Origin: Candidatus Latescibacterota bacterium
GTDB taxonomy: Bacteria; Latescibacterota; UBA2968; UBA8231
Assembly: GCA_965242865.1 (NCBI GenBank)
Contig: CBDETK010000013.1
Location: 2,464,001-2,528,000, forward strand
Direction: 5' to 3'
Length of the DNA: 64,000 bases
Both the position numbers and the translations under genes were made by a program. Each line of letters opens with the position of its first letter. Within the stretch, counting starts at the first letter, position 1. This document shows, one piece after another, positions 48,122 to 57,509 of the stretch. The notes under the pieces were generated by a model. The model made no database searches. It saw nothing but the letters and a program-made list of their open reading frames with translations, and had not been told where the DNA came from.

Positions 48122-49588
48122 ATGACTGATTATCCAAAAGATGTCGTTGACGAGCGTGGGAATGTGCATGTGCTCAAAGAGATGCTCGGAGAAGGCGGAC
48201 AAGGCATTGTCTTTGCCACGACCAATCCCGACATCGCGGTAAAGCTGATTGCGGGCGGCAGCGAACAAGCGAAAAGCGAACGGAAGGAGACATTGCTGGA
48301 GCGGCTGACACGCGGATCTGGGGCACCGCTAAAAAAAGGGAATGCGGAGCACGACAAACTGCGTACCCGGCTGGAAACGGTCCGAACCCTTCCGCACCCC
48401 GACGACCTGCACTTGGCCGAACCTTTGGCGATGCTGCGAGAGCATGTCGGCTACACCATGCGCCTGCTGCGCGACATGGTGCTCATGCGAACGCTCATCC
48501 TGCCGCCTGAGACTGAAAATATCGCGGCAGAATATCTCGCTACTGGTGGCTTGCGCCGGCGTCTGCGCCTACTCGCCAAGACGGCCGAGACCCTCGCTCG
48601 TCTGCACTCGATTCCGTTGGTCTATGCCGATGTTTCGCCGAATAATGTGTTTGTTTCGGCCAGCGTTGAAGCCAGTGAGGTTTGGCTCATAGACGCCGAC
48701 AATCTCCACTTCCAGTCCGCGCCGGGGCCGCAGGTGTACACCCCGGGCTTTGGTGCGCCCGAAATCGTGGCGGGGCGCGCCCCGGTATCTACGCTTTCGG
48801 ATGGGTACGCCTTTGCAGTTTTGGCCTTCTATGTCCTCGCTCAAATTCATCCGTTTTTGGGAAACTTGGTTGAGGAAGGCGGCTGGGAAGAAAGTGTTGA
48901 TCTTGAGGAGCAAGCCTACGCCGGCAAATTGCCTTGGGTGGAAGACGAAGACGACGATAGCAATTGGTCGGACGCGGGAATACCGAGAGAATTGGTGCTT
49001 ACCCCGCGTCTGACAAAGCTCTTTCAGCAGACCTTTGGGGCGGGTCGTCAAGACGCCGCAAGCCGTCCGAGTATGCTCGAATGGGCCGAGGTGCTACACC
49101 AGTGTGCAGACTGGACTGTCGCCTGCGAAGATTGTGGCTCGACGTTCTACGTTCCAAAAAAAGAATGCCCATGGTGTGCCAGTAGCCCGTCTGCCCAATT
49201 TCTCTATGGCAAATTCTATGTCTGGGATCCCGAACTTGACGCGGAGAGCTACGACGCGGTATTGGCTGGCCGGCCGGTGTGGCACCTCTGCATGGACCGC
49301 AATAAAGAAATGGCTATTGCCCTACACGCTGCCGAGCCAAGCCTTTTGAGAGATGGCGACCCCCCGGTTATGACGGTAGAAGTGAAACGCCGTGCGATCC
49401 GATTGACGCCGCACGGCGATAGGGTGGTGTACGCATGCCTACCGCGAGAAGGGCGCACCGAGGTGATCGATACGGCCAAAGACCTGCCGTTGCCAAGCCG
49501 CGGTAAAGAGTGGCTCCTACATTTCGGTTCACCCGAACAGATTCACCGAGTGGCGTATTTCACCCTTATCGAGAGCGACCGCACATGA
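48122..49588 (+). CDS. Ser/Thr protein kinase (TerY-P triad) with C-terminal Zn ribbon
   Basis: GEGGQG, AVK, YADVSPNN, IDADN, GAPE; CEDC...CPWC. Confidence 0.92.
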   Translation: MTDYPKDVVDERGNVHVLKEMLGEGGQGIVFATTNPDIAVKLIAGGSEQAKSERKETLLERLTRGSGAPLKKGNAEHDKLRTRLETVRTLPHPDDLHLAEPLAMLREHVGYTMRLLRDMVLMRTLILPPETENIAAEYLATGGLRRRLRLLAKTAETLARLHSIPLVYADVSPNNVFVSASVEASEVWLIDADNLHFQSAPGPQVYTPGFGAPEIVAGRAPVSTLSDGYAFAVLAFYVLAQIHPFLGNLVEEGGWEESVDLEEQAYAGKLPWVEDEDDDSNWSDAGIPRELVLTPRLTKLFQQTFGAGRQDAASRPSMLEWAEVLHQCADWTVACEDCGSTFYVPKKECPWCASSPSAQFLYGKFYVWDPELDAESYDAVLAGRPVWHLCMDRNKEMAIALHAAEPSLLRDGDPPVMTVEVKRRAIRLTPHGDRVVYACLPREGRTEVIDTAKDLPLPSRGKEWLLHFGSPEQIHRVAYFTLIESDRT

Positions 49589-52500
49589 AGCCGAGTCAAC
49601 TCAAATACGGCTCTGTGGAGCACATCCGCGTTCGGCGTGTCAGTTCTGATCCGCCATTGAGCAAGGGAGAAGAAACCGATCTCAGATGGAGCGAGGAGGC
49701 GCGGGCCTATCTGCTGCGTGGGGCCAAGGGGGTGGTCCACATCGAACCGGCGAGCCGCGCCGGCGAGGATACGCTGCACGAAATCTGCGTTCGCAATCTG
49801 ACCCGCGTGGTCTGGATCGCCGAGATACAGGACGAAGAAATTCTCATTCAAGCCCACACTTTTCAGCTTGGGCTACGGCTGGGAATACGAATCGGTGTTG
49901 ACGAACAGGCTGTCGAGAAGGCACAAAGGCTCAATCGGCGGAACAGGACGCCCAAGGATCTGGTGGCGTGGCTGGAGGATCAATGCCTGCTTCCGGCCGG
50001 ACCCAGTGGCGAGGGCCGTGCGTTTCTTTCGGCTGGCCGGGAAATGAGTCAAGAGACCCCGGAAGCGTTCGCGCTTCATGGTCACTCCGTCAGGGTACAT
50101 GTAAAGCGAGTGCCTTCGCCCACGGGTGAGGGGGAAGTGTTCCTCGTAGATCGGATAGTGCGCTCAGGGGGTGCGTCCCCTCGCCATCCCATCGCGCATG
50201 TCGAGGGGAATATCCAGTTCACCGAAGCGACGGTGGAGGCGTGGGCGCGTGGCGAGGGGTTAGGGGCACTCCAGCAACTCGTTGACGACGATAAGAGTTT
50301 TTTGAAGATCTGGAATGAGTACGGCGATCTCGAAGAAGACAGCATCCTCAACGCAGCACGCGCCATTGGCGGCATTGCCTACCGAGGGTGGGAGCGAGGT
50401 GGCGACGGAGAGGTAGAGTTTGATGTGGGAGGCGACTCTAAAGCCGCCGAGAAGTTGGCCCGGTTGGACCCCGGCGAATCAATGGATGTTGCGAAAGATG
50501 TGCCTGCAATCCTATTGGATGAGAATCTCACTTGGGCTGAGTTCGGGAAGTCGAAACGCGAGCAGCGTCCCTTCCAAGGCGAAATCGTCGAGAGACCCCA
50601 TAGACAAAGAAAAACGGTCGTGTTGCGCCCCACGTCAGATGACGAAGACCCACCTCAAGAGGGATTCTTGTTTCCTGCCATACAGGGAGATACCCGTCGC
50701 TTAGAGCGGCGGCGAGACGCAGAGGAGGAAATTCGTACTTTGCAATGCCGTCTCCCCATTTCTCACTTGCTCGTCGGCGCACGAGTTCCCGTGCCGCGCC
50801 GCAGGGAACTACCCGCCCTGACCGCGAAGGTGCGCGAGAAGCTCTTTGGCGACCATCCGCCAACGCCCCAGCAAGAGGAAGCCATTCGGGTGGCTCTCAA
50901 TACCCCGGATATAGCTGTTATTCAAGGGCCGCCCGGAACCGGGAAGACCAAGGTCATCGAGGCCATTGTCGAACGGCTCAACGAAGAGTTGGACACCTCG
51001 GGAGCAGGTGCCGGTCAGATATTGGTAACGGGGTTCCAGCACGACGCCGTGGAAAACGCCCTCGCTCGCATTGATGTCCACCGCTTGCCGGCGATCAAGT
51101 TCGGCCGCCGGTCGGGGCGAGACGAGTTCGGAGAGAGCGAAAATCGGATCGACCAATGGGTTCAGGAACGCGCAGGGCATATTCGGGAAAAGATGCCAGA
51201 AGTAGAACGAAATAGTCTCCATCGCTGGCTGGCGTCCCAACGCGAAAGCTACGTACTCGCACCCGGCTTGCCCTCGGCCACCGTGCGCCTTCTTCGGCAG
51301 GTCGTTGAGCAGACCTGTGGGGAAGTCTCGTCGCATCTATTGGACCGCATCAGCGATTTGGCCGATGAAATCGAGAGGAATGAAGCATCTCGCGGCGAAG
51401 CGAACCCAGAAAGAAAGGCTCTCGAACGGGCGGTCCGGGCAATGCGCGTCGAGCCGGTCGGCTTTGCCGATGATGGCCCGCTCAATGCCCGCCGGTTGTT
51501 CGCACGGCTTGGGCGTCAACGCATCATCAAGGTAGAATCGAAAGTCCTCGCCATGATTGAACGAGCGGCCGATTGGCTACAGCCCGATCCACCGGATTTC
51601 CTCGGCGATCTCGCACAAGAGAGAAGCCGCCTTCTCCTCTCGCTCGTACCGGACCGGGCCGCGCCCGTGTCGGCGGTGACGACGCGCAAAGATGTGGTAG
51701 AATTGCTCGCGGCGGCTTGTGCGGAGCTCGAGGAGCGGTATCGCATGTCCCGCGATGCCCCCGACGCTGCGGTCGCCGACTACCTCTACCAGTTAGAGAA
51801 CAATCCACATTCGGTACGCCGAGCCGTGATCGAATACGTTCCTGTTTTTGGGGCAACGTGCCAGCAGGCGGCCAGCAAGGTCATCGCCGACATCAAGGCG
51901 AATCTAGAATACGACACCGTACTCATCGACGAGGCTGCCCGATCCAACCCTCTCGACCTGTTTATTCCCATGGTGCAAGCGCGGCGGCGGGTGATTCTCG
52001 TCGGCGACCATCGACAACTGCCGCACATCATCGATCACCAGCTAGAAAAGGAAATTGAGCAGGCTGTGGCACGCGATAAATCGGTCGCGGAGGAGACAAA
52101 GGAGTTCATCAAACAAAGCCTCTTTGAATACTTATTTAAGAAACTGGGACCGGAATCGGCCACCGACCCGCGCCGCGTCGTTACGCTCAACAAACAGTTC
52201 CGAATGCACCCCGTACTGGGGGATTTTGTGAGCAAGGAGTTTTACGAGGTCCACGATGAACCTTCTATTGAAGCGGGATTACCGGCGGCGACCTTTGCCC
52301 ACGTACTTCCTAAATACGAGGATCGGGTTGCGGCTTGGTTCGATGTGCCGCCCAAACTCGGGCGAGAACAGCAGGGACAGAGCAAGTCGCGGCCATCTGA
52401 GGCCGAAGCCCTAGCCCGCGAACTCAAGCGGCTGCTCGACGCTCCTGCTGCCAAGGGCCTCACCTTTGGCTGTATCACGTTCTACTCCGCTCAAGTCGAG

Positions 52501-52881
52501 TTCATTAAAAACGAGCTAAAGAAACACGGAGTCGTTGATGGCAACGGCGAAGTCGCGTCTGATTACCGCGATGGACAGGTCGTGGAGCGGCTCCGGATCG
52601 GAACGGTAGATGCCTTTCAGGGCAAAGAGTTTGATGTGGTGCTGCTGTCGGTCGTGCGATCAAACACACACCGCGACCACGACGAACGCGCCCGGCGCAA
52701 GCGATACGGCCACCTAATGTCGCCAAATCGACTGTGCGTGAGCATGAGCCGCCAGAAACGCCTGCTGATCGTCTTTGGTGATCCAACATTGCTCAAAGCA
52801 CCCAACGCGGGAGAAGCGATCGGCCCATTGGTGCGCTTCCGACAGGAGCTTTGTGGAGGTGAACATGGCCGCATCGTTTGA
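49585..52881 (+). CDS. SF1 Upf1/DNA2-like helicase (CoCoNuT CnuH-like)
   Basis: QGPPGTGKT, IDEAAR, VGDHRQL, QFRMHP, TVDAFQGKE, NRLCVSMSRQ; ATG overlaps the kinase stop (ATGA). Confidence 0.92.
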   Translation: MKPSQLKYGSVEHIRVRRVSSDPPLSKGEETDLRWSEEARAYLLRGAKGVVHIEPASRAGEDTLHEICVRNLTRVVWIAEIQDEEILIQAHTFQLGLRLGIRIGVDEQAVEKAQRLNRRNRTPKDLVAWLEDQCLLPAGPSGEGRAFLSAGREMSQETPEAFALHGHSVRVHVKRVPSPTGEGEVFLVDRIVRSGGASPRHPIAHVEGNIQFTEATVEAWARGEGLGALQQLVDDDKSFLKIWNEYGDLEEDSILNAARAIGGIAYRGWERGGDGEVEFDVGGDSKAAEKLARLDPGESMDVAKDVPAILLDENLTWAEFGKSKREQRPFQGEIVERPHRQRKTVVLRPTSDDEDPPQEGFLFPAIQGDTRRLERRRDAEEEIRTLQCRLPISHLLVGARVPVPRRRELPALTAKVREKLFGDHPPTPQQEEAIRVALNTPDIAVIQGPPGTGKTKVIEAIVERLNEELDTSGAGAGQILVTGFQHDAVENALARIDVHRLPAIKFGRRSGRDEFGESENRIDQWVQERAGHIREKMPEVERNSLHRWLASQRESYVLAPGLPSATVRLLRQVVEQTCGEVSSHLLDRISDLADEIERNEASRGEANPERKALERAVRAMRVEPVGFADDGPLNARRLFARLGRQRIIKVESKVLAMIERAADWLQPDPPDFLGDLAQERSRLLLSLVPDRAAPVSAVTTRKDVVELLAAACAELEERYRMSRDAPDAAVADYLYQLENNPHSVRRAVIEYVPVFGATCQQAASKVIADIKANLEYDTVLIDEAARSNPLDLFIPMVQARRRVILVGDHRQLPHIIDHQLEKEIEQAVARDKSVAEETKEFIKQSLFEYLFKKLGPESATDPRRVVTLNKQFRMHPVLGDFVSKEFYEVHDEPSIEAGLPAATFAHVLPKYEDRVAAWFDVPPKLGREQQGQSKSRPSEAEALARELKRLLDAPAAKGLTFGCITFYSAQVEFIKNELKKHGVVDGNGEVASDYRDGQVVERLRIGTVDAFQGKEFDVVLLSVVRSNTHRDHDERARRKRYGHLMSPNRLCVSMSRQKRLLIVFGDPTLLKAPNAGEAIGPLVRFRQELCGGEHGRIV

Positions 52882-55129
52882 TAAAACCTGCGCCATTGTG
52901 GATCTGGCTCCCACGGCCAAGCCGCTGTCTTATGCAAGCGGCCGTCAGTGGCTCTTGTGGCCAATGTGGGCGTACCGCGTCATTGTGCCGCAGCCGAAAC
53001 CCGAGCGGCTCAACCTGTTTCAGCGAGCGGTGCTGTCCCTGTGTCGGGCCGGTATTTTCCACGCTGGCGAGATCGCTCAGAGGCTCTACTTCGACAAGGA
53101 ACTCGCCGCATACATCCTCGACCAACTTGAGGGTATGGGTCTTTTGGACCGGCGCAAACAACTCACTGAACGCGCTTATCAACTTCTCGCTGAAGAACCG
53201 GACGACCAAGTCGAGACGACAGTGGGCTATGTCTTTGCCGATCCTTTTATAAAGGAACTTTGGCCGCGCTTTCGCCGAGGCGTACTTCCGTATGCAGAAG
53301 GCGAAATCCGTGGTCGTTTCGCTACCATTGAACAGGGAACTGTAGGGAACCCACGTCGCGTAGAGATGAAGGTCGTCTGGCCTCCGGGAGACGCATGTCC
53401 GCCGCCGCCGAGTCGCCGCGACATACTTCGAGCCTGTTCAATGGGCATTCGCGCCGAGGTAGCGTACAAACGATCCATGGAAGAGGACAGTAGCACTTTA
53501 GATGGATTAAACGTCGATACGCTCAAACGCCACCTAAACCATGTTGTCCTCGTTGACAAGACACCCGAACCCATGTTCCTGACGACGTTTGTCTTTGTAC
53601 CCAAAGATGTGCGCCGCGCCTCACTCTGGCAGGTCTGCGATCCATTCGGGTTGGGGACGAGTCACCTTTTGAGAAAGCGAATCGAGGAACTCCCATCGGC
53701 GGCGTCCCAAGCGAGAGGCACTCTCAGAGATGCTATCGAGAGAGCGACGGGAGTGGGGTTTGCAGTGGAAGATGTGGATGTCCTCGATCTTGTCAGAGCC
53801 CAAAATAAAAAGGCGGCAGAGGTGGTAGATGATAAAGCAGACTTCGACAAAACCATTTGTCCCGAAGTCTATGAGCGGCTCGTCCAGATGGAGAACAAAT
53901 ACCTTGAAGCGGGGAATGGGGACGTATCCGGGAAGACTTGGGACGAGCAACAGAGAAGGCTCAAAGCAATGGTTCGCCGAGCGTATATAGTGCTTGAAGA
54001 ATGCCTCGCGTACGCGGTGAAAACTTTCCCGGCTTCCGATGTCTGGCATCCTCTTGGAGGGACATTAGAGGACAACGGGGTTTTACTCGCCGAAATTGCC
54101 TATAAAATCGGCTTTGAAGATGATCCCGATGACCCATGTTTCAAACGATTTCTCCGCGTAGGAAGCGGGCCAGTGAAAGGCGTCATTTATCACGAGCAGC
54201 GCGAATTGGTCGCCCTGCTCGCCGCGGCCCTCCTTGCAGCTAATGACCGCTCCGAGCATCCCCTTCGGCGGTGTGCCGCGGAGTTTCCCGAGATGATTGT
54301 GTTCCTCAATGGACTAAAGCGAATGAGAGACCAATTTTCACACCATATCCAAACCCAAGACGGTTTGGACCGAGAAGAGGCTCTCGGTTTTTGCAAAGAC
54401 ACCTATCGCGTCGCCCAGCTTCTGTTGCCAACAACGGAAGGCGGGACGACGGGATCGCGGTCTCAGTTCTCGTCGGCGGAATGGAACGCCGATATCGTCT
54501 ATCGCCTGCGGGCACAGGCCGCTTATAACGTAGAGTCCGATGCTCTGTTCGGGATTCGCGTCCAAGAGGTGCCTGCTCTGCGCGATGAGTTGGTGGAAGT
54601 GGAGTTGCTCGCGCTCGAACTGGAGAAACTCCGCAATGCAGGGGCCACTCCAGAGGAGATGGACGGACGCGCTAAGGACCTGCGGGTCGCCGCCGGCAAT
54701 GCGGTTGAGGCGGCAATCAAACCACTGCTCACGCAAGCCGATGTCAGCGAATTTATCACCTCGGACCGGAACGCCAATGCCGAGCGGTATAGCGAGGCGG
54801 CGGAAGGCTTGGGGTTTGCGTCTATGTCGGATGGCCAGTACCACGAGGATCTCTTGATGGTGCGTCCCGACCGCGCCCGCTTAGCTGCTGAGACACAGTG
54901 TGGTGCATTGAACGCCTTGCTGATGGTCGCCCTTTTGCAGGCCGAACAAGACACCGACCATCCGCTGCGGGAAGTCAAAAAGAAGAATCCGCGATTCCTC
55001 TTGGACGCTGGGGAGGTTTCCCAAGCACGGGGACATGGGGATGGACGTAGCAATGAAGCGATAGGCCCGGAAGTTTTGAAAAAACACGTAATCGCCGTCG
55101 GGAAAGCCGTTCTCGACGTTTTAACCTGA
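52865..55129 (+). CDS. wHTH + tandem HEPN-like effector (CnuE-like)
   Basis: N-terminal wHTH (AGEIAQRLYFDKELAAYILDQLEGMGLLD); two repeated helical units (EHPLRR / DHPLRE), the first ending in RDQFSH (Rx4H), the second in ARGHG. GGAGGTG RBS before ATG 52865. Confidence 0.7.
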   Translation: MAASFDKTCAIVDLAPTAKPLSYASGRQWLLWPMWAYRVIVPQPKPERLNLFQRAVLSLCRAGIFHAGEIAQRLYFDKELAAYILDQLEGMGLLDRRKQLTERAYQLLAEEPDDQVETTVGYVFADPFIKELWPRFRRGVLPYAEGEIRGRFATIEQGTVGNPRRVEMKVVWPPGDACPPPPSRRDILRACSMGIRAEVAYKRSMEEDSSTLDGLNVDTLKRHLNHVVLVDKTPEPMFLTTFVFVPKDVRRASLWQVCDPFGLGTSHLLRKRIEELPSAASQARGTLRDAIERATGVGFAVEDVDVLDLVRAQNKKAAEVVDDKADFDKTICPEVYERLVQMENKYLEAGNGDVSGKTWDEQQRRLKAMVRRAYIVLEECLAYAVKTFPASDVWHPLGGTLEDNGVLLAEIAYKIGFEDDPDDPCFKRFLRVGSGPVKGVIYHEQRELVALLAAALLAANDRSEHPLRRCAAEFPEMIVFLNGLKRMRDQFSHHIQTQDGLDREEALGFCKDTYRVAQLLLPTTEGGTTGSRSQFSSAEWNADIVYRLRAQAAYNVESDALFGIRVQEVPALRDELVEVELLALELEKLRNAGATPEEMDGRAKDLRVAAGNAVEAAIKPLLTQADVSEFITSDRNANAERYSEAAEGLGFASMSDGQYHEDLLMVRPDRARLAAETQCGALNALLMVALLQAEQDTDHPLREVKKKNPRFLLDAGEVSQARGHGDGRSNEAIGPEVLKKHVIAVGKAVLDVLT

Positions 55130-55148
55130 ACCAATAGGGAGTTGTCAC

Positions 55149-57509
55149 ATGAGTAAGAGACAGAAGGACAAGCCATCGCAACCGACCCAAGAATCGCCTG
55201 CTGAGTTGCAACGCTGCCAGCAAGAACTCAAGACCGCCCAACAAGAGCTCCAGAAATTCCAAGATCGGGAGGGTGAGTTCCAAAAGCGGGCGGAGGACTT
55301 GGATCGCCGTGAGGCTGCGGTGAAGAAGGACAAACAAGACCTGAAAAAGCTCGGAGGCGAAGTTTCCAAAAGGCAGTCCGCAATGACTGCTCGCGAGGGC
55401 GAGGTTGCGGAGAGGGAGCGCGTCGTCAGCAAGCGAGAGATGGAGGCCGATGCCGGGTTTGAATGCCGAAACCGCAAATCCCTGAAAAAGCTCGGAGACG
55501 AATACGCGGCTCTGCACGGGCAGTTGGAAGAAATGCGGACCACCGCTTTCGAGAAGTTGAATGCGGAACACGAGAAGCGGAAAGCGGCGCAGGATGAGGC
55601 ATTGGACCGAATCCGAGACCAAGCTCAAGCTCGCTTGGACGCCGAGATCGCTGAGAGGCGGAAGCGCTTTGACGAGGAGATCGCCCAACAGCGGGACGAC
55701 ATTGAGCAGCAAAGGGCGTCGGTTGAACAAATCGAAAAGCAACAGGCCGAGCGAGAAAACCAATTCATCCTTCGGGAGCGCAAGGTCAATTGCGACGAAG
55801 CGATCCTCCGCGAAGACCGGGAGAATCTGAAGGCTACCATTGAGAGCCGCGTTGACGAGCGCGTAGCCGATTTCAGACGTCAACTAGAGCAAAAGGACGG
55901 ACGCATTGAACGCCTCTCGGAGGAGCGAGGCCGCTTTGAACAGAAGGTCAATGCGTCCGAAGACTGGCGGCGGCGGTTCGGCCACAAGGAACCGGAAGAA
56001 TGGCTCGACGATTTCAACAAATTGGAGCAAGACCGCGACCGGCTCCGCGACGAACGCGACGAGCGTCCCTCGCTCGAAGATGGCGAGCGGCTGATGGGTC
56101 TTGAGGAAGAGCGACGCCAATGGGCACAGAAACGCACGGAGATGGCCAGTGAGTTGGCTGAATTGCGCGCCCGTGAGAGCGACTGGCTGGTAGCCGTGGA
56201 CGAACGCGAGCGGCTGAAAGATCAGAAAGAGGTGGCCGAACAAAGGCGAGAAACCTTGCAAGCAGAGATGGAGAAACTGCGCGAGGAAGTGAGCAGGCTA
56301 CGCAGTTTGTACGAGCAACCCAAGGAACGGGAAGCGCGGGTAGGCGTTATCGAGCAGCCTCGGTTTGAAAAGAAAGACCTGCCCCAAGATGTCGTTGACG
56401 GTATTGCCGAAAAGGATTGGCTCGAGGGCATCCACGAATGCTGCGAAGAATCTGGACTCGTCTTTCCGCGCCGATTGTTGTATGCGTTTCACACGTCCCT
56501 CAAGACAGCGGACTGGACTCCGCTGACCGTGTTGGGCGGTGTCAGCGGCACGGGGAAATCCGAATTGCCGAGGCTCTACGCACGGTTTGGCGGCCTTGCC
56601 TTTGAGCCGTTGTCCGTGCAGCCGAACTGGGATAGCCCGCAGTCGATGTTTGGCTTCTTCAATTCGGTAGATAATCGCTTTAATGCCACTCCGCTCTTGC
56701 GAGCACTGGTGCAGAGTCAGCGGGACCCGGGGATCTATGAGGATGGCATGGAGGACCGGCTCCTGCTCGTGCTCCTCGACGAGATGAATCTGTCCCATGT
56801 CGAACTCTACTTCAGCGATCTCCTGAGCAAGCTCGAACTCAGGCGCGGCGAGACAAACGGGGTGAACATTGAAGTCGATCTGGGGGCCGGCTTGGAAGAG
56901 TACCAAGTTCCCCTCGGGCGCAATGTTTTGTGGGTCGGCACCATGAACGAGGACGAAACTACCAAGACTCTTTCCGACAAGGTGCTCGACCGTGCAAACC
57001 AGATCGGTTTCCCGCGACCGCAAGAGCTTAAGCGGCGTCGGGAAGCCAAGCTCGCTGATCCCGGCCCCATGTTGGAATGGAAGCAGTGGAACAAGTGGCT
57101 TTGCAAGAAGAGCGATCTGTCGGAAGAAGAGGTCGGGAAATACAAAACGGCTGTTGAGGAGATCAGCCGATCCTTGGAGGAAGCGGGTCGTGCTCTCGGG
57201 CACCGAGTCTGGCAGGCCATTGAAAGTTATATGGCGAACTATCCCGGCGTCCGGGAATCCCAGACAGAGGACGAGCGGACCCAAGCACTGCGGGACGCCT
57301 TTGAAGACGCGCTCGTTCACAAAGTGATGCCCAAACTGCGAGGTATTGAGACGTCGGGCGCAGCGCGAAGTAAGTGCCTCGATCCGATTGGAGAGTTGCT
57401 TTCGGGCAGCGAGCTCGGCCTTCAGTTGGCCGAGGATTTTGAGTTGGCCAGTTCGGTCGGCTACGCATTCGTGTGGCGCAGCGCGAAATACTTGGAGGCC
57501 GATCAGTGA
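55149..57509 (+). CDS. McrB-family AAA+ GTPase with long N-terminal coiled coil (CnuB-like)
   Basis: Roughly 400 aa of E/R/Q/K-rich coiled coil, GVSGTGKS, VQPNWDSP, LLDEMNLS, GTMNEDE (NxD signature), SDKVLDR. Confidence 0.9.
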   Translation: MSKRQKDKPSQPTQESPAELQRCQQELKTAQQELQKFQDREGEFQKRAEDLDRREAAVKKDKQDLKKLGGEVSKRQSAMTAREGEVAERERVVSKREMEADAGFECRNRKSLKKLGDEYAALHGQLEEMRTTAFEKLNAEHEKRKAAQDEALDRIRDQAQARLDAEIAERRKRFDEEIAQQRDDIEQQRASVEQIEKQQAERENQFILRERKVNCDEAILREDRENLKATIESRVDERVADFRRQLEQKDGRIERLSEERGRFEQKVNASEDWRRRFGHKEPEEWLDDFNKLEQDRDRLRDERDERPSLEDGERLMGLEEERRQWAQKRTEMASELAELRARESDWLVAVDERERLKDQKEVAEQRRETLQAEMEKLREEVSRLRSLYEQPKEREARVGVIEQPRFEKKDLPQDVVDGIAEKDWLEGIHECCEESGLVFPRRLLYAFHTSLKTADWTPLTVLGGVSGTGKSELPRLYARFGGLAFEPLSVQPNWDSPQSMFGFFNSVDNRFNATPLLRALVQSQRDPGIYEDGMEDRLLLVLLDEMNLSHVELYFSDLLSKLELRRGETNGVNIEVDLGAGLEEYQVPLGRNVLWVGTMNEDETTKTLSDKVLDRANQIGFPRPQELKRRREAKLADPGPMLEWKQWNKWLCKKSDLSEEEVGKYKTAVEEISRSLEEAGRALGHRVWQAIESYMANYPGVRESQTEDERTQALRDAFEDALVHKVMPKLRGIETSGAARSKCLDPIGELLSGSELGLQLAEDFELASSVGYAFVWRSAKYLEADQ

